Shown here in pieces: positions 1 to 11,888 of a stretch of 50,139 nucleotides of DNA. This stretch comes from Actinomycetes bacterium (GTDB taxonomy: Bacteria; Actinomycetota; Actinomycetes; S36-B12), in the NCBI GenBank assembly GCA_037137855.1, contig JBAXJN010000003.1, positions 1 to 50,139 of the forward strand, given 5' to 3'. The notes beneath the pieces are model-generated. The model saw only the letters and a program-made list of their open reading frames with translations. It was not told the origin of the DNA and searched no databases. Numbering within the stretch: the stretch's first letter is position 1; every line of letters starts with the position of its first letter. The translations under genes were made by a program, and so were the position numbers.

Positions 1-48
1 CTCGTTGACTCACTTGCGCGCCTTCGCGACGGCGCCTGAGCCCAAAGT

Positions 49-54
49 TAGAGT
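49..54 (+). promoter_or_regulatory. Putative -10 hexamer (TAGAGT) of leaderless dnaE transcript
   Basis: TANNNT 6 nt upstream of ATG 61; no SD in the spacer. Confidence 0.6.
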
Positions 55-60
55 GTTCAG

Positions 61-3000
61 ATGACATCGGGGGAGCAGTTCGTACACCTCCACGTTCACA
101 CCGAGTATTCCATGCTCGACGGCGCTGCTCGTCTTGATGACCTTCTAGGTGAAGCTGTAAAACTTGGCATGCCCGCCATCGCGATGACTGACCACGGCAA
201 TCTATATGGTGCCTACGATTTTTATTCCAAAGCCAAGCAGCATGGGATCAAACCCATTATTGGACTTGAGGGGTATTACGCACCGCAGGGCCGTTTTGAA
301 CGCCGCCAATTCGACTTTGGTGGTGGCTTCGATGAAGGCACGCCAGAAGATCCCACGGCTGGGCGCGGTAAGCAGAGTTACACACACATGACGTTGTGGG
401 CGGAAAACACCGCCGGCATGCACAACCTTTTCCGGGTGTCTTCTCTGGCAAGTATGGAAGGTTTTTATCACAAGCCTCGCTTTGATCGTGATCTGCTTCA
501 GCGATATGGCAAAGGCTTAATTGGTACCACTGGTTGTCCAAGTGGTGAAGTGAACCGTTGGTTGCAAGCTGGTCAATATAAGAAGGCGCTGGCTGCGGCT
601 GCGGACTACCGAGACATTCTCGGGGCGGGTAATTATTTCTGTGAAGTTATGGATCATGGTTTGCAGATTGAAACCGCGTTCCGGCTAGATCTGATGAAGA
701 TCGCTAAGACTCTTGAACTTCCGTTAATTGCAACGAACGATCTGCATTACGTTCGCGCCTCTGATGCAGATAGTCATGACGTGTTGTTGTGTATTGGCAC
801 TCGCACCACGATGGATGATCCAAAACGTTTTCGATTTGATGCTCGCGATTTCTATTTGAAAAGTGCAGAAGAAATGCGCAAGGTGTGGCATGAATTGCCA
901 GAGGCGGTTTCGAATACGTTGCTCATTGCAGAGCGTTGCGATGTCACCTTTGCTGAAGGCGCGAACCTGATGCCTCAATTCCCAGTGCCAGATGGTGAAT
1001 CAGAAGAATCATGGCTTGTTAAAGAGGTCGAGCTCGGCTTGGCTAAACGGTACAAGGGCGAGATACCTGACAACGTGCGAAAGCAAGCAGAGTACGAAGT
1101 TGGCGTGATCATGCAGATGGGCTTTCCTGGCTACTTCCTCGTGGTCGCTGACCTTGTGAAGTACGCAAAAGACAATGGCATCCGCGTTGGTCCTGGCCGA
1201 GGTTCTGCGGCTGGCGCGATGATTGCATATGCACTAGGTATCACTGAACTTGATCCGATTAAGCACGGCTTGCTGTTTGAGAGATTCCTGAATCCAGAAC
1301 GTATCTCGATGCCCGATATTGATATTGACTTCGATGAACGACGTCGCTCAGACATGATTCGTTATGCCACCGCTCGATATGGCGAAGCACATGTCGCGCA
1401 AATCATTACCTACGGCTCAATCAAGGCAAAGGCTGCGATTAAAGACAGTGCTCGCGTACTTGGTTATCCATACGCAGTAGGGGATCGAATCACGAAGGCG
1501 ATGCCACCCGCTGTCATGGGTAAAGACATTTCGATTGCCGGAATGTTTGATGCTAAGAGTGATCGGTACTCAGAGGCTGCCGAGTTCCGTGCGCTTGTTG
1601 AATCTGATGTGGATGCTGCCCGGGTAGTTGAAACCGCTAAAGGGCTCGAAGGCCTTAAGCGTCAGCCTGGTGTGCATGCGGCCGGTGTCATCCTTTGCCG
1701 AGTACCTCTGATTGATGTGGTTCCCCTGTGGCGTCGCGAACAAGACGGCTCGATCATCACCCAATTCGACATGGGTGCCTGCGAGAGTCTCGGTCTGCTG
1801 AAGATGGACTTCTTGGGGCTTCGAAACCTCACTGTTCTTGATGACTGTCTGAAGAATATTTTAATCAATCGCGGCGAGACCATCGTGCTTGAAGATCTTG
1901 AGCTTGCAGACGGACCAACCTTTGAGTTGTTGTCTCGAGGTGACACCTTGGGTGTGTTCCAACTTGATGGTGGACCGATGCGCCAGTTGTTGCGTTCGAT
2001 GCAACCTGACAGTTTTGAAGATATTTCGGCTGTGCTTGCGCTTTATCGTCCGGGACCGATGGGCGCCAACGCACATAATGATTACGCGGATCGTAAGAAC
2101 AAAAGAAAGCCAGTTATTCCGATTCATCCAGAACTTGAAGAGCCGCTTGCAGAAATCCTCGGTGACACTTACGGCTTGATCGTCTACCAAGAGCAAGTTA
2201 TGGCCATCGCCCAAAAGCTTGCTGGCTATTCACTCGGAGCAGCTGACTTGTTGCGACGTGCTATGGGTAAGAAAAAGAAGGAAATTCTTGAGCAGGAGTT
2301 CGTACCTTTCAGCGAGGGCATGCGAGCCAATGGCTTTGGCGATGTTGCTATTAACAAACTCTGGGACATTCTCGTTCCATTCTCTGACTATGCCTTCAAC
2401 AAAGCGCACACTGCAGGCTATGGTCTGGTCTCGTTTTGGACGGGTTATCTCAAAGCTAATTACCCGGCTGAATACATGGCTGCGCTACTCACCAGTGTCA
2501 AGGACGATAAAGAAAGATCAGCGATCTACTTGAATGAATGTCGACGGATGGGAATCAAGGTTTTCCCACCTGACGTGAACGATTCGGACTTTGATTTCAC
2601 GCCACGTGGCACAGATATTCGTTTTGGGCTTTCGGCTATTCGCAACGTTGGAACCAACGTTGTTGATTCGATCATTGCCACGCGTCGCAAGGTTGGCCGA
2701 TTCGCTGATTTCCATGATTTCATTGCCCAGGTTGAAGCAACAGTCTGCAATAAGCGGGTAGTTGAATCTCTCATTAAGGCCGGGGCCTTTGACTCGCTTG
2801 GTCATACTCGCAAGGGCTTGGTCTCCGTGCATGAGCATGTTGTTGATTCAGCAGTTGATATCAAGCGCGCTGAAGCTGTTGGTCAATTCGATCTCTTCGG
2901 TGGACTTGATGCCAGCAACGACAACAGTTTGGTTGCTCCTCCGGATATTTCAATCGGTGAGTGGGAGAAGAAAGTCCTCCTCGCGCATGAGCGCGAAATG

Positions 3001-3597
3001 CTCGGCCTTTACGTCAGCGATCACCCGCTGCATGGAACAGAACGAGTCTTGGCTCAGCTCACCGATCGCAGTATTGCGTCATTGATCATGGATGAAAATG
3101 CTGACGGAATCATGGTGACCATCGGCGGTTTGGTCAATGCAGTGCAGCGAAAGACCACGAAGCAAGGCTCTTCGTGGGCAATCGTGAGTTTGGAAGACCT
3201 CGAAGGTGTTGTCGAGGTTATGGTTTTTCCTGCGACCTACCAAAAAGTCAGCACAATGTTGATCGAAGACTCAGTGATCATCGTTCGTGCCCGAGTAGAT
3301 CGCAGTGATGATGATGGATTACGTGTTGTCGGAATGGAAATCACGGCCCCCGACATCAGCGAAGCTGAAGCCGGGCCAGTTCGCCTTTCTATGCCTGCGC
3401 AGCGCTGCATCCCACCGCTTGTGGATCGATTGAAAGAAATACTTGCTGTGCATCCAGGAACCACAGAAGTGCATCTACATCTCACAGGCGGAGCGCGCAC
3501 AACAGTGCTGCGTCTAGATGACAAACTTCGTGTCACCCCAAGCCCGGCTTTATATGGTGATCTCAAGGCCTTGCTTGGCCCGAACTGCTTGAACTGA
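61..3597 (+). CDS. dnaE: DNA polymerase III alpha subunit
   Basis: 1178 aa; PHP motifs HLHVHTEYS, TDHG, TNDLHY; GPGRGSAAG; catalytic MPDIDIDF; clamp-binding QFDLF; C-terminal OB fold; no intein visible. Confidence 0.98.
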   Translation: MTSGEQFVHLHVHTEYSMLDGAARLDDLLGEAVKLGMPAIAMTDHGNLYGAYDFYSKAKQHGIKPIIGLEGYYAPQGRFERRQFDFGGGFDEGTPEDPTAGRGKQSYTHMTLWAENTAGMHNLFRVSSLASMEGFYHKPRFDRDLLQRYGKGLIGTTGCPSGEVNRWLQAGQYKKALAAAADYRDILGAGNYFCEVMDHGLQIETAFRLDLMKIAKTLELPLIATNDLHYVRASDADSHDVLLCIGTRTTMDDPKRFRFDARDFYLKSAEEMRKVWHELPEAVSNTLLIAERCDVTFAEGANLMPQFPVPDGESEESWLVKEVELGLAKRYKGEIPDNVRKQAEYEVGVIMQMGFPGYFLVVADLVKYAKDNGIRVGPGRGSAAGAMIAYALGITELDPIKHGLLFERFLNPERISMPDIDIDFDERRRSDMIRYATARYGEAHVAQIITYGSIKAKAAIKDSARVLGYPYAVGDRITKAMPPAVMGKDISIAGMFDAKSDRYSEAAEFRALVESDVDAARVVETAKGLEGLKRQPGVHAAGVILCRVPLIDVVPLWRREQDGSIITQFDMGACESLGLLKMDFLGLRNLTVLDDCLKNILINRGETIVLEDLELADGPTFELLSRGDTLGVFQLDGGPMRQLLRSMQPDSFEDISAVLALYRPGPMGANAHNDYADRKNKRKPVIPIHPELEEPLAEILGDTYGLIVYQEQVMAIAQKLAGYSLGAADLLRRAMGKKKKEILEQEFVPFSEGMRANGFGDVAINKLWDILVPFSDYAFNKAHTAGYGLVSFWTGYLKANYPAEYMAALLTSVKDDKERSAIYLNECRRMGIKVFPPDVNDSDFDFTPRGTDIRFGLSAIRNVGTNVVDSIIATRRKVGRFADFHDFIAQVEATVCNKRVVESLIKAGAFDSLGHTRKGLVSVHEHVVDSAVDIKRAEAVGQFDLFGGLDASNDNSLVAPPDISIGEWEKKVLLAHEREMLGLYVSDHPLHGTERVLAQLTDRSIASLIMDENADGIMVTIGGLVNAVQRKTTKQGSSWAIVSLEDLEGVVEVMVFPATYQKVSTMLIEDSVIIVRARVDRSDDDGLRVVGMEITAPDISEAEAGPVRLSMPAQRCIPPLVDRLKEILAVHPGTTEVHLHLTGGARTTVLRLDDKLRVTPSPALYGDLKALLGPNCLN

Positions 3598-4085
3598 TGT
3601 CGACCACGCGTAAAGCTTCTGCCGTAATTTTGGCTGGCGTCATCTTTGGGCTTGGCATTGGGCTGGCGCTTGGTGTCCTGTGGTGGCGGTTGGCTCCACG
3701 AGTTGAATTCGTTGTGAAGTCAGGCCAGTTCGTGGATTTTGATACGAAAGTCTTTATGGCTGCTGACGTGGCATTTGGAGCGCTCGCAATCGTGGCTGGC
3801 CTTTTGGTCACCATTGGACTAGCTCGGATGCGTCGCGAGCACCTGATTTCAGTGCTGATCGCCGCCGTGCTCAGTGGTCTTATTGGCTCACTTGGAATGT
3901 GGTGGGTTGGGCATTGGCTGGGCAAAGTTGATATTGCAGGCCTTGCTGGAACTCAATCTCTCGTCGCCGAAACCCCACTTGTGCTGCATTTAGGGGCGAT
4001 GTTCTTGATCTGGCCAATCGTGGCAGCAGCCGTGGTCACGATCCTTGCTCTCGAGGATTGGCTGAGCGGGTTAAAACGATCCTGA
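3597..4085 (+). CDS. Integral membrane protein (DUF2567-like)
   Basis: About four hydrophobic segments; GLALGVLWWRLAP motif; TGATG overlap with dnaE stop. Confidence 0.7.
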   Translation: MSTTRKASAVILAGVIFGLGIGLALGVLWWRLAPRVEFVVKSGQFVDFDTKVFMAADVAFGALAIVAGLLVTIGLARMRREHLISVLIAAVLSGLIGSLGMWWVGHWLGKVDIAGLAGTQSLVAETPLVLHLGAMFLIWPIVAAAVVTILALEDWLSGLKRS

Positions 4086-4096
4086 CGCTTTACCCG

Positions 4097-4102
4097 TAAA
4101 CT
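4097..4102 (+). promoter_or_regulatory. Putative -10 hexamer (TAAACT) of leaderless his operon transcript
   Basis: TANNNT 6 nt before GTG 4109. Confidence 0.6.
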
Positions 4103-4108
4103 CAAGGG

Positions 4109-5422
4109 GTGATCCGGCGCATTGACCTTCGAGGCACCCACGTGGATGCCCGCACGACTTTGCCTCGCGCAGCCATGGATGTGGCTGATGCGGGCGCTGT
4201 GATCGCGCCGATTTTGGAAGATGTGCGTACTCAGGGAGCGAGCGCGGTAGCGCGATGGTCAACCAAACTCGACGGCATCGCGCCTCCTTCACTTCGAGTG
4301 CCGGCCCACGTTATTGCTAAGTGTGAAGCCGACCTAGATCCCAAGGTCCGAGAGGCCCTTTTGGAATCGATCCGACGTGCGCGTTTAGTACACATTGATC
4401 AGCGTCGAGTTGATGTGGAAACGATTGTGGTGCCCGGCGGCACAGTGACCGAGCGATGGATTCCCGTTTCTCGGGTGGGCTTGTACGTACCAGGAGGTCG
4501 TGCGGTCTATCCAAGTAGCGTCATCATGAATGTGGTACCCGCTCAGGTCGCAGGAGTTGCATCACTCGTTGTTGTATCGCCGCCGCAAAAAGATTTCGGT
4601 GGCTGGCCGCACCCCACAGTTTTGGCTGCATGTTCACTACTCGGGGTTGAAGAGGTGTATGCAGTCGGTGGCGCCCAAGCGGTCGCGATGCTGGCGTACG
4701 GAGTCGAGCTCGAAGATGGTTCTAGATGCGCTCCGGTTGATCTGGTCACTGGACCAGGCAACATTTATGTCACCGCTGCTAAGCGCTCACTCCAAGGAGT
4801 CATTGGCATTGATAGCGAAGCCGGCCCGACGGAGGTCGCTATTTTGGCCGATGACTGTGCCGATGCGTCGCATGTTGCCGCAGACCTGATTAGTCAGGCT
4901 GAACACGATCCGATGGCTGCGGCAGTGCTTGTTACGCCATCGCTAGCTTTGGCAGATGCTGTGATCGCGGAAGTGAACCGACAAGTTCCGCTCACCAAAC
5001 ATGTCGAACGCATTTCTGCAGCCTTACAAGGCAAACAAAGTGCCGTAGTACTCGTTGATAGCCTCGAAGAGGGCCTTGAGTTGGTTAATCAGTATGCAGC
5101 TGAACACCTTGAGATTCACACAGTAGAAGCTCGGGAGTGGGCTATGCGCGTTCGCAATGCGGGTGCAATCTTTGTGGGCACGTTCGCGCCCGTAAGTCTT
5201 GGCGATTATGCGGCTGGTTCTAATCACGTCTTGCCGACAGCAGGCGCGGCTCGCCACTCATCTGGGTTATCAGTTCAATCCTTCTTGCGTGGAGTTCACG
5301 TTATTGAGTATGACGAAACTGCGCTGCGTGATGTGTCCGCACATGTCATTGCGCTTGCGCACGCCGAAGATTTGCCAGGTCACGGTACGGCTATCTCTAT
5401 GCGCTTTCCTGAGCAGTCATGA
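4109..5422 (+). CDS. hisD: Histidinol dehydrogenase
   Basis: [49 protein letters not shown] motifs. Confidence 0.98.
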   Translation: MIRRIDLRGTHVDARTTLPRAAMDVADAGAVIAPILEDVRTQGASAVARWSTKLDGIAPPSLRVPAHVIAKCEADLDPKVREALLESIRRARLVHIDQRRVDVETIVVPGGTVTERWIPVSRVGLYVPGGRAVYPSSVIMNVVPAQVAGVASLVVVSPPQKDFGGWPHPTVLAACSLLGVEEVYAVGGAQAVAMLAYGVELEDGSRCAPVDLVTGPGNIYVTAAKRSLQGVIGIDSEAGPTEVAILADDCADASHVAADLISQAEHDPMAAAVLVTPSLALADAVIAEVNRQVPLTKHVERISAALQGKQSAVVLVDSLEEGLELVNQYAAEHLEIHTVEAREWAMRVRNAGAIFVGTFAPVSLGDYAAGSNHVLPTAGAARHSSGLSVQSFLRGVHVIEYDETALRDVSAHVIALAHAEDLPGHGTAISMRFPEQS

Positions 5423-6534
5423 GTTCCTTTGTTCCGCCTATTCGTGCGGATCTTGTTCATGAAGTTCCCTATGGTGCGCCACAAATATCTGTGCCTGTTC
5501 TCCTGAATGTGAACGAGAATCCCTTTGACTTGTCAGCCGAACTTGCCCGAGCGATAGGGGATGCGGTCGCGGGGATTGCTCCGAGCCTGAATCGCTATCC
5601 AGATCGCGAAGCAGTGAAATTACGTTCTGCGTTGGCGACCTACCTCAAGGGGGAATCTGAAGCCACGGTGACGAGTGATCAAATTTGGGCAGCCAACGGC
5701 TCTAATGAAATTCTGCACCAACTCTTTTTGGCTTTTGGTGGCCCAGGTCGCGTGGCTCTGAGTTTTGACCCTACATATTCAATGTATCCCGAATATGCGC
5801 GTGACACTTTCACGAATTACCTCACGTTTCCACGACGTGAAGATTTCGCAATTGACATGCCAGTAGCCCTGGCCGCAGTCGCCTCCGAAAAGCCGTCAAT
5901 TGTGTTGTTGACATCACCTAATAATCCGACTGGCACAGCGCTACCACTAGGTGACATGGTTGCCATTCTTGAAGCTGGATTAGCAGTGAACGCAGTGGTG
6001 GTTGTTGATGAGGCCTACATTGAATTTCGGCGTCGCGGCACATCCAGTGCCTTGGAATTATTAGATCGTTTTCCCAATTTGATCGTTTCACGCACGATGA
6101 GTAAAGCTTTTGGTTTAGCTGGCGCTCGCATTGGTTACGCGATTGCAAGCAAGCAGTTAATAGATGCGTTGCGCATTGTGAGGTTGCCGTATCACTTGTC
6201 AGCCGTCACTCAGGTTGTCGGCATCACAGCGTTGCAACACTGGGGAGTCTTGCAAGCAGGGGTCGCAATCTTGCGTGCTGAACGAGATGCCCTAAGTGAC
6301 TGGCTTAGCGGTCAAGGGTTCACCGTGGCGCAGAGTGACGCCAATTTCCTTTTATTTGGCAAGTTCGTCGATCGAGACGTGGTGTGGCAGTCATTGGTGG
6401 AGCAGGGAGTGCTTATTCGCCAAACCGGGCCACAAGGCTGGCTGCGCGTCACTATTGGAACGCAGGCTGAGAACGATAGATTTAAGGCGGCGCTCCTTTT
6501 GGCGCCAGGAACGGAACAGGAGGCGGGTCGTTGA
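5419..6534 (+). CDS. hisC: Histidinol-phosphate aminotransferase
   Basis: LNVNENP, NRYPD, SPNNPTG, VDEAY, PLP lysine [13 protein letters not shown]; ATGA overlap with hisD. Confidence 0.97.
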   Translation: MSSFVPPIRADLVHEVPYGAPQISVPVLLNVNENPFDLSAELARAIGDAVAGIAPSLNRYPDREAVKLRSALATYLKGESEATVTSDQIWAANGSNEILHQLFLAFGGPGRVALSFDPTYSMYPEYARDTFTNYLTFPRREDFAIDMPVALAAVASEKPSIVLLTSPNNPTGTALPLGDMVAILEAGLAVNAVVVVDEAYIEFRRRGTSSALELLDRFPNLIVSRTMSKAFGLAGARIGYAIASKQLIDALRIVRLPYHLSAVTQVVGITALQHWGVLQAGVAILRAERDALSDWLSGQGFTVAQSDANFLLFGKFVDRDVVWQSLVEQGVLIRQTGPQGWLRVTIGTQAENDRFKAALLLAPGTEQEAGR

Positions 6535-7127
6535 GTCGCACCGCACGAATAGAGCGCAGTACCAAGGAGAGTTCAGTTCTTGTTGAATTGAATTTGGATG
6601 GCACTGGTGTGCACACGATTGATACCGGTATTCCGTTTTACGATCACATGCTGTCGCAACTGTCTAAGCACGGGTTACTCGATCTCAATGTTCAGAGCAA
6701 GGGCGACTTGCATGTCGATGCGCACCACACCATCGAAGACACTGCGTTGGCTATTGGCCAAGCAATCAATGAAGCGCTCGGAGATCGAGCAGGTCTGCGT
6801 CGATTTGGTGATGCAGCGGTTCCTCTTGATGAAACTTTGGTCCAAGCTGTGGTGGATCTTTCAGGCCGTCCCTATCTTGTTCATGAAGAACTTGGTCTTG
6901 TTGAACTCATCGGCACGTATGACACCTCATTAACTCGACACATCTGGGAGTCAATCGTGGCAACTTCGCAGATCACGTTGCATGTGAGAGTGATCTCTGG
7001 CCGAAATGCGCACCACATGGTGGAAGCTCAGTTCAAGGCGGTAGCTCGAGCACTACGTGAAGCCGTCACAATAGATCCGCGGGTGGTTGGCGTGCCTTCA
7101 ACCAAAGGAACCCTCACCGCATCGTGA
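6531..7127 (+). CDS. hisB: Imidazoleglycerol-phosphate dehydratase
   Basis: DAHHTIED and [11 protein letters not shown] metal-binding motifs; PSTKG C-terminus; TTG start overlapping hisC stop. Confidence 0.97.
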   Translation: MSRTARIERSTKESSVLVELNLDGTGVHTIDTGIPFYDHMLSQLSKHGLLDLNVQSKGDLHVDAHHTIEDTALAIGQAINEALGDRAGLRRFGDAAVPLDETLVQAVVDLSGRPYLVHEELGLVELIGTYDTSLTRHIWESIVATSQITLHVRVISGRNAHHMVEAQFKAVARALREAVTIDPRVVGVPSTKGTLTAS

Positions 7128-7762
7128 ATGTCCCCTCAGTGTTGCTGTTTGATTACGGTTCCGGAAACCTTCGATCTGCTCAACGCGCCCTCGAAAAAGT
7201 TGGTGCAGACGTAACGGTGAGTGCCGACTTTGATGCGGCCATGGCAGCTGACGGTTTGCTTGTGCCAGGGGTGGGGGCATACGGGGCCTGCATGAAAGGC
7301 ATCAGGGAAGTCCGCGGCGACATTCTGGTTGATCGACGATTGTCGGGCGGTCGACCGGTCATGGGAATCTGCGTCGGCATGCAAGTGATGTTTGATCAGG
7401 GTGTTGAACATGCAGTTGAGACTGAAGGTTTAGGGCAATGGCCAGGAGTCGTTGAAGAACTTCAGGCCCCGATATTGCCGCATATGGGCTGGAACACTGT
7501 TCGAGTCGCGCATGATTCGATGCTCTTCGAGGGGGTCATGGGGGAGCGGTTCTACTTCGTGCATTCCTACGCTGCTCGTCGTTGGGATTTTGTGGCCCGA
7601 GACGAGAACCAAAACTCGCCTGAGGTCACCTGGAGTCATCATGGTGAAGATTTCGTAGCGGCCGTCGAAAATGGTCCCCTGGTAGCCACTCAGTTTCACC
7701 CCGAAAAGTCAGGCGATGCGGGGTTGCATCTGCTCGAAAACTGGGTCAAGTCGCTCAGATAG
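7124..7762 (+). CDS. hisH: Imidazole glycerol phosphate synthase glutamine amidotransferase subunit
   Basis: [20 protein letters not shown] (catalytic Cys), QFHPEKS. Confidence 0.97.
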   Translation: MNVPSVLLFDYGSGNLRSAQRALEKVGADVTVSADFDAAMAADGLLVPGVGAYGACMKGIREVRGDILVDRRLSGGRPVMGICVGMQVMFDQGVEHAVETEGLGQWPGVVEELQAPILPHMGWNTVRVAHDSMLFEGVMGERFYFVHSYAARRWDFVARDENQNSPEVTWSHHGEDFVAAVENGPLVATQFHPEKSGDAGLHLLENWVKSLR

Positions 7763-7772
7763 GCTTATCAGC

Positions 7773-8549
7773 GTGAGCAAACCACAGCATTTAATCCTTC
7801 TTCCCGCAGTTGACGTCGCTGAGGGTAAGGCCGTGCGCCTAACACAGGGCCAAGCCGGTACGGAAAAGGATTACGGCTCTCCAATCGACGCAGCTCGTGA
7901 TTGGGTCAATCAGGGTGCCGAATGGATCCACCTTGTTGATTTGGATGCAGCTTTTAGCCGTGGAGATAACCACGCATTACTCAAGCGGGTGGTTGCCGAT
8001 GTGCATAGGGATGTCAACGTTGAACTTTCTGGCGGTATCAGAGATGACGCTTCGCTAGCAGCAGCGCTGGCCACAGGATGTGCGCGCGTCAACCTTGGTA
8101 CTGCCGCTTTGGAAAACCCAGAATGGACTGAAAAAGTCATCAAGCAATATGGCGACAAGATTGCTGTGGGGCTGGATGTGCGTGGAACAACTCTTGCTGC
8201 TCGTGGCTGGACCCAAGAGGGTGGTGATCTTTGGGAAACCTTAGAGCGCCTCGATGCTGCCGGATGTGCACGCTATGTCGTCACAGATGTAAACAAAGAC
8301 GGCATGATGAAAGGCCCGAACTTTCACCTTCTTAAAGAAGTCTGTGAACGCACTTCACGCCCTGTGATTGCTTCCGGTGGTATTCATCGTCTTGAGGATT
8401 TCCATAAGTTGCACGAAATGGTGCCTGAAGGCATCGAGGGCGCAATTGTTGGAAAAGCTTTATACGACGGCGCATTTACTTTGGTCGAAGCTTTAGCCGC
8501 ATCTGGTGAACGTTTTGATCCATATACCTGGGGTCCACCGCAGCCGTGA
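7773..8549 (+). CDS. hisA: Phosphoribosyl isomerase A (HisA; probably bifunctional HisA/TrpF, actinobacterial PriA type)
   Basis: [27 protein letters not shown]; start moved to in-frame GTG 7773 after the hisH stop; no trpF in the adjacent trp cluster. Confidence 0.93.
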   Translation: MSKPQHLILLPAVDVAEGKAVRLTQGQAGTEKDYGSPIDAARDWVNQGAEWIHLVDLDAAFSRGDNHALLKRVVADVHRDVNVELSGGIRDDASLAAALATGCARVNLGTAALENPEWTEKVIKQYGDKIAVGLDVRGTTLAARGWTQEGGDLWETLERLDAAGCARYVVTDVNKDGMMKGPNFHLLKEVCERTSRPVIASGGIHRLEDFHKLHEMVPEGIEGAIVGKALYDGAFTLVEALAASGERFDPYTWGPPQP

Positions 8550-9316
8550 GCCTTTCTATTCGCGTTATCCCTTGTCTAGATGTTGACGAAGGACGTGTCG
8601 TCAAGGGTGTGAACTTTTTAGATTTACGTGATGCTGGTGATCCAGTTGAACTTGCGGCGCGTTATAACGCCGAAGGCGCAGACGAGCTCATTTTTCTGGA
8701 CATCACCGCATCAAGTTCAGATCGTTCAACCATGTATGACGTCGTGAGTCGCACCGCTGAATCGGTGTTTATCCCTCTCACCGTGGGCGGTGGGGTGCGT
8801 GTGGTGGAAGATTTCAATCGGCTGCTCCGCGCTGGTGCAGACAAGGTAAGTCTCAACACTGCAGCGCTAAATGATCCAGATCTTTTAAGCGGCGCGGCAG
8901 AACGCTTTGGGGCGCAGTGTGTAGTGCTCAGTATTGACGCGCGTCGTTGCCCAGATGGAGTCTTCACCGACAGCGGTTTCGAAGTGACCACACATGGAGG
9001 TCGACGAAGCACAGGCATTGACGCCGTGAAGTGGGCAATCGAAGGCACCAAGCGTGGCGCTGGTGAAATTCTCTTGAATTCCATGGACGCTGACGGCACA
9101 AAAGAGGGCTACGACCTAGCGCTCATTGCGATGGTACGTGCTGAAGTATCAGTGCCGATCATCGCAAGTGGCGGCGCGGGAAAGTTAGAAGACTTCGTGC
9201 CTGCCGTTGTTGCGGGCGCAGATGCTGTGCTTGCTGCCAGTGTGTTTCACTTCGGTCAATTGCGGATAGACGAAGTCAAGAAAGCACTTGCTGACGCCGA
9301 CTATCCGGTGCGTTAA
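8546..9316 (+). CDS. hisF: Imidazole glycerol phosphate synthase cyclase subunit
   Basis: [41 protein letters not shown]. Confidence 0.98.
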   Translation: MSLSIRVIPCLDVDEGRVVKGVNFLDLRDAGDPVELAARYNAEGADELIFLDITASSSDRSTMYDVVSRTAESVFIPLTVGGGVRVVEDFNRLLRAGADKVSLNTAALNDPDLLSGAAERFGAQCVVLSIDARRCPDGVFTDSGFEVTTHGGRRSTGIDAVKWAIEGTKRGAGEILLNSMDADGTKEGYDLALIAMVRAEVSVPIIASGGAGKLEDFVPAVVAGADAVLAASVFHFGQLRIDEVKKALADADYPVR

Positions 9317-9954
9317 ATCCCGAACTTCGCTGCATTGAAAGTATCGATCGCACTTTGATCTCCAGTGATCTGCACATCTACTTCAGTGCGCCCATACGTT
9401 CGCAGGACGAGATCAAGCGGGGTGCCAGTCAACTTCACTATTGGGGTTCCGGTCTTTGCGGAAAAGACCGGAGCGCTCTGATCAGTGCGTTGAAACTCAA
9501 CACCCAGTTTCACTCCGCGCATCAGTAGCTTGCTCATCTTGGTCAGGCGCGTCCATAGAACTGCGCTGAGTTCTGGATTGTCAGGTGCTGCCACCCAACT
9601 AGGTTGTGCGCGACGAACATCTTCTATGTGAACAGCGAACTCGACAATGTTGGCGGCTGCTTCAAGTTTGGCTATCGAAAAAGGTGACCAGCGCGGTGGT
9701 CCGCTGCGGAAGGTCGCCACGAGCTCGTCAAAAGGTTGTAGGGCGGCTGCGTCTTGCACCTTCGCGGTCCACTTTGCCATCGGGCCGCCGATAATTCCGA
9801 TTGCGGCATCTGGTCGGCCTTCACGGATAACGAGATGCGCGACCAAATCGCGCGCAGTCCAACCCGCACAAAGTGTGGGGGCATCGGGACCAACGCTCAG
9901 AAAAAGTTCGGCTAGGGTGCGACGCTCTTGGGCTACCAAAGATGAGGGGCTCAT
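9313..9954 (-). CDS. TIGR03085-family metal-binding protein (DinB/MDMPI superfamily)
   Basis: ER..L...[20 protein letters not shown] and [11 protein letters not shown] motifs; likely start ATG 9954 (ORF track extends to 9972). Confidence 0.85.
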   Translation of the reverse strand: MSPSSLVAQERRTLAELFLSVGPDAPTLCAGWTARDLVAHLVIREGRPDAAIGIIGGPMAKWTAKVQDAAALQPFDELVATFRSGPPRWSPFSIAKLEAAANIVEFAVHIEDVRRAQPSWVAAPDNPELSAVLWTRLTKMSKLLMRGVKLGVEFQRTDQSAPVFSAKTGTPIVKLTGTPLDLVLRTYGRTEVDVQITGDQSAIDTFNAAKFGI

Positions 9955-9987
9955 CCCTCCATTATGAGGCACCGGCAGAATAGGACC
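9955..9987. promoter_or_regulatory. Compact divergent promoter region (TIGR03085 gene / hisI)
   Basis: CATAAT on minus strand (9961-9966) and CAGAAT on plus strand (9976-9981), each 6 nt from an ATG. Confidence 0.45.
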
Positions 9988-10332
9988 ATGTCGACTCGTC
10001 AGGAACTCTTGGCTGCGGTGAACTTTAATGCCGACGGGCTCGTGCCTGCCATCGCCCAGCAGGTGGGCACCGGGGAGGTTTTGATGATGGCCTGGATGAA
10101 CCGGGAGTCACTTGAGCTCACGTTGGAGACGTCAGAAGCGACGTATTACTCGCGCAGTCGAGGCGAACTATGGGTCAAAGGCGCTACATCAGGTAACACT
10201 CAAACCGTGGTCAGTATCGCCTTGGATTGCGATGGGGACACGATCTTGATGCAGGTTGATCAGACGGGTGTGGCTTGTCATAACGGAACACGCACCTGCT
10301 TTGACTCTGTGATCATCGAGGTTGCCAAGTGA
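9988..10332 (+). CDS. hisI: Phosphoribosyl-AMP cyclohydrolase
   Basis: [37 protein letters not shown]; start refined to ATG 9988. Confidence 0.96.
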   Translation: MSTRQELLAAVNFNADGLVPAIAQQVGTGEVLMMAWMNRESLELTLETSEATYYSRSRGELWVKGATSGNTQTVVSIALDCDGDTILMQVDQTGVACHNGTRTCFDSVIIEVAK

Positions 10333-11888
10333 ACGCACTTCTTGGTTCGCGAAACGGGGGAGTCGCACCGGATCTTGAAACTTTTAGACAGTTAGCAAAA
10401 GACCGTCGAGTCATTCCTGTTGTTCGACGTTTCTTGGCTGATGGAGTCACGGCCGTGGGTTTATTCGATGCTCTTTGTGGGGATCGCGCCGGAACCTTTT
10501 TATTGGAATCCGCGGAGCAAGGCAAACATTGGTCTCGTTATTCATTCGTAGGTGTCCGTGCTGCAGCAATGCTCACAGATGTTCAGGGCAAGGCGCGTTG
10601 GGTTGGCCGGGTGCCGCAAGGCGTACCTACAAACGGCGCAGCAGTTGAGATTCTTCGCGACACAGTCGCGCTGTTACAGACGCAGCCGCTGCCAGGATTG
10701 CCCCCACTTACCGGTGGCCTTGTTGGCTATGTGAGTTATGACATGGTTCGCCATTGGGAGCGCATTCCGGATAACAATCCAGATGAAATCGGCGTGCCAG
10801 ACATGGCGTTTCTGCTCGCAACCGATCTTGCTGTTCTTGATCACGCAGAAGGCTCAGTGCTCCTTATCGCCAATGCGATCAATTACGACGCGACCCAGGA
10901 GCGGGTCGACGAAGCTTGGGCTGATGCGGTAGCCCGTTTAGATGTTATGCAAGCTGATCTTTCAGCAGGACGCGGACTCTTGCCGTCAACCTTTGATCCC
11001 AATGCTGCTGCTGATGTGACGTCGTGGACCGAGCAGGATAAATACATTGCTGATGTTGATCAGGCGAAGGAATATATTCGCGCGGGTGATGCCTTCCAAA
11101 TCGTTTTGTCTCAGCGGTTTTCGACACCGTGTTCGGCTTCGGCACTTGATGTGTATCGAATCTTGCGCACCACTAACCCCAGTCCGTATATGTATCTGGT
11201 GCGAGTTCCAGAACTTGATGGGGATCACCTAAGTGAAAGAACGGCCTTTGAAATTGTTGGCTCGTCACCAGAGGCTTTGATCACGGTTGAACAGGGACAT
11301 TGCGTCGTTCATCCGATTGCTGGTACTCGCAAGCGCGGTGTCACTGTTGAAGAAGACTCTGCTCTGGCTGAAGAAATGTTGGCTGATGTAAAAGAGCGCG
11401 CCGAACACCTCATGTTGGTCGACCTGGCTCGAAACGATCTAGGCCGAGTGAGTGCCCCCGGTTCGGTGCAGGTTGTGGATTTCATGCAAGTCGAGCGTTA
11501 CTCCCATGTCATGCACTTGGTATCAACGGTCACGAGTGAACTCGCAGAAGGCAAGACTGCCTATGACGCGCTTGCAGCCACGTTCCCCGCTGGCACATTA
11601 AGTGGCGCGCCTAAGCCTCGGGCGATGGCGATCATCGATGAACTCGAACCGTTGCGTCGAGGTATTTATGGCGGATGCGTTGGTTACTTTGATTTCGCGG
11701 GCAATATCGACACAGCCATTGCGATTCGTACCGCGGTTGTGAAAGACAATATTGCCTACGTGCAAGCGGGTGCCGGGATCGTTGCAGATTCAGTTCCAGA
11801 GCTTGAAGATGCCGAATGCCGCAATAAAGCTGCAGCAGTCCTGCGTGCTGTTGCTATCGCGGCAACCTTGCAGACAGTAGAAACGTGA
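10329..11888 (+). CDS. trpE: Anthranilate synthase component I
   Basis: [57 protein letters not shown]. Confidence 0.97.
   Translation: MNALLGSRNGGVAPDLETFRQLAKDRRVIPVVRRFLADGVTAVGLFDALCGDRAGTFLLESAEQGKHWSRYSFVGVRAAAMLTDVQGKARWVGRVPQGVPTNGAAVEILRDTVALLQTQPLPGLPPLTGGLVGYVSYDMVRHWERIPDNNPDEIGVPDMAFLLATDLAVLDHAEGSVLLIANAINYDATQERVDEAWADAVARLDVMQADLSAGRGLLPSTFDPNAAADVTSWTEQDKYIADVDQAKEYIRAGDAFQIVLSQRFSTPCSASALDVYRILRTTNPSPYMYLVRVPELDGDHLSERTAFEIVGSSPEALITVEQGHCVVHPIAGTRKRGVTVEEDSALAEEMLADVKERAEHLMLVDLARNDLGRVSAPGSVQVVDFMQVERYSHVMHLVSTVTSELAEGKTAYDALAATFPAGTLSGAPKPRAMAIIDELEPLRRGIYGGCVGYFDFAGNIDTAIAIRTAVVKDNIAYVQAGAGIVADSVPELEDAECRNKAAAVLRAVAIAATLQTVET

Noticed and set aside
61-3597. Intein or split in dnaE, or error-prone dnaE2
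   Set aside because: Length is ordinary, no intein terminal motifs seen, PHP ligands and C-terminal domains intact, no imuA/imuB neighbours in the window
7716-7772. Upstream starts given by the ORF track for hisA (7716), hisI (9964), clgR (48841) and DUF3046 (49038)
   Set aside because: The extensions overlap neighbouring genes or promoter elements and lack family similarity; downstream starts fit better
10290-10332. Trp attenuator or leader peptide upstream of trpE
   Set aside because: trpE overlaps the hisI stop; no intergenic space and no Trp-codon leader visible
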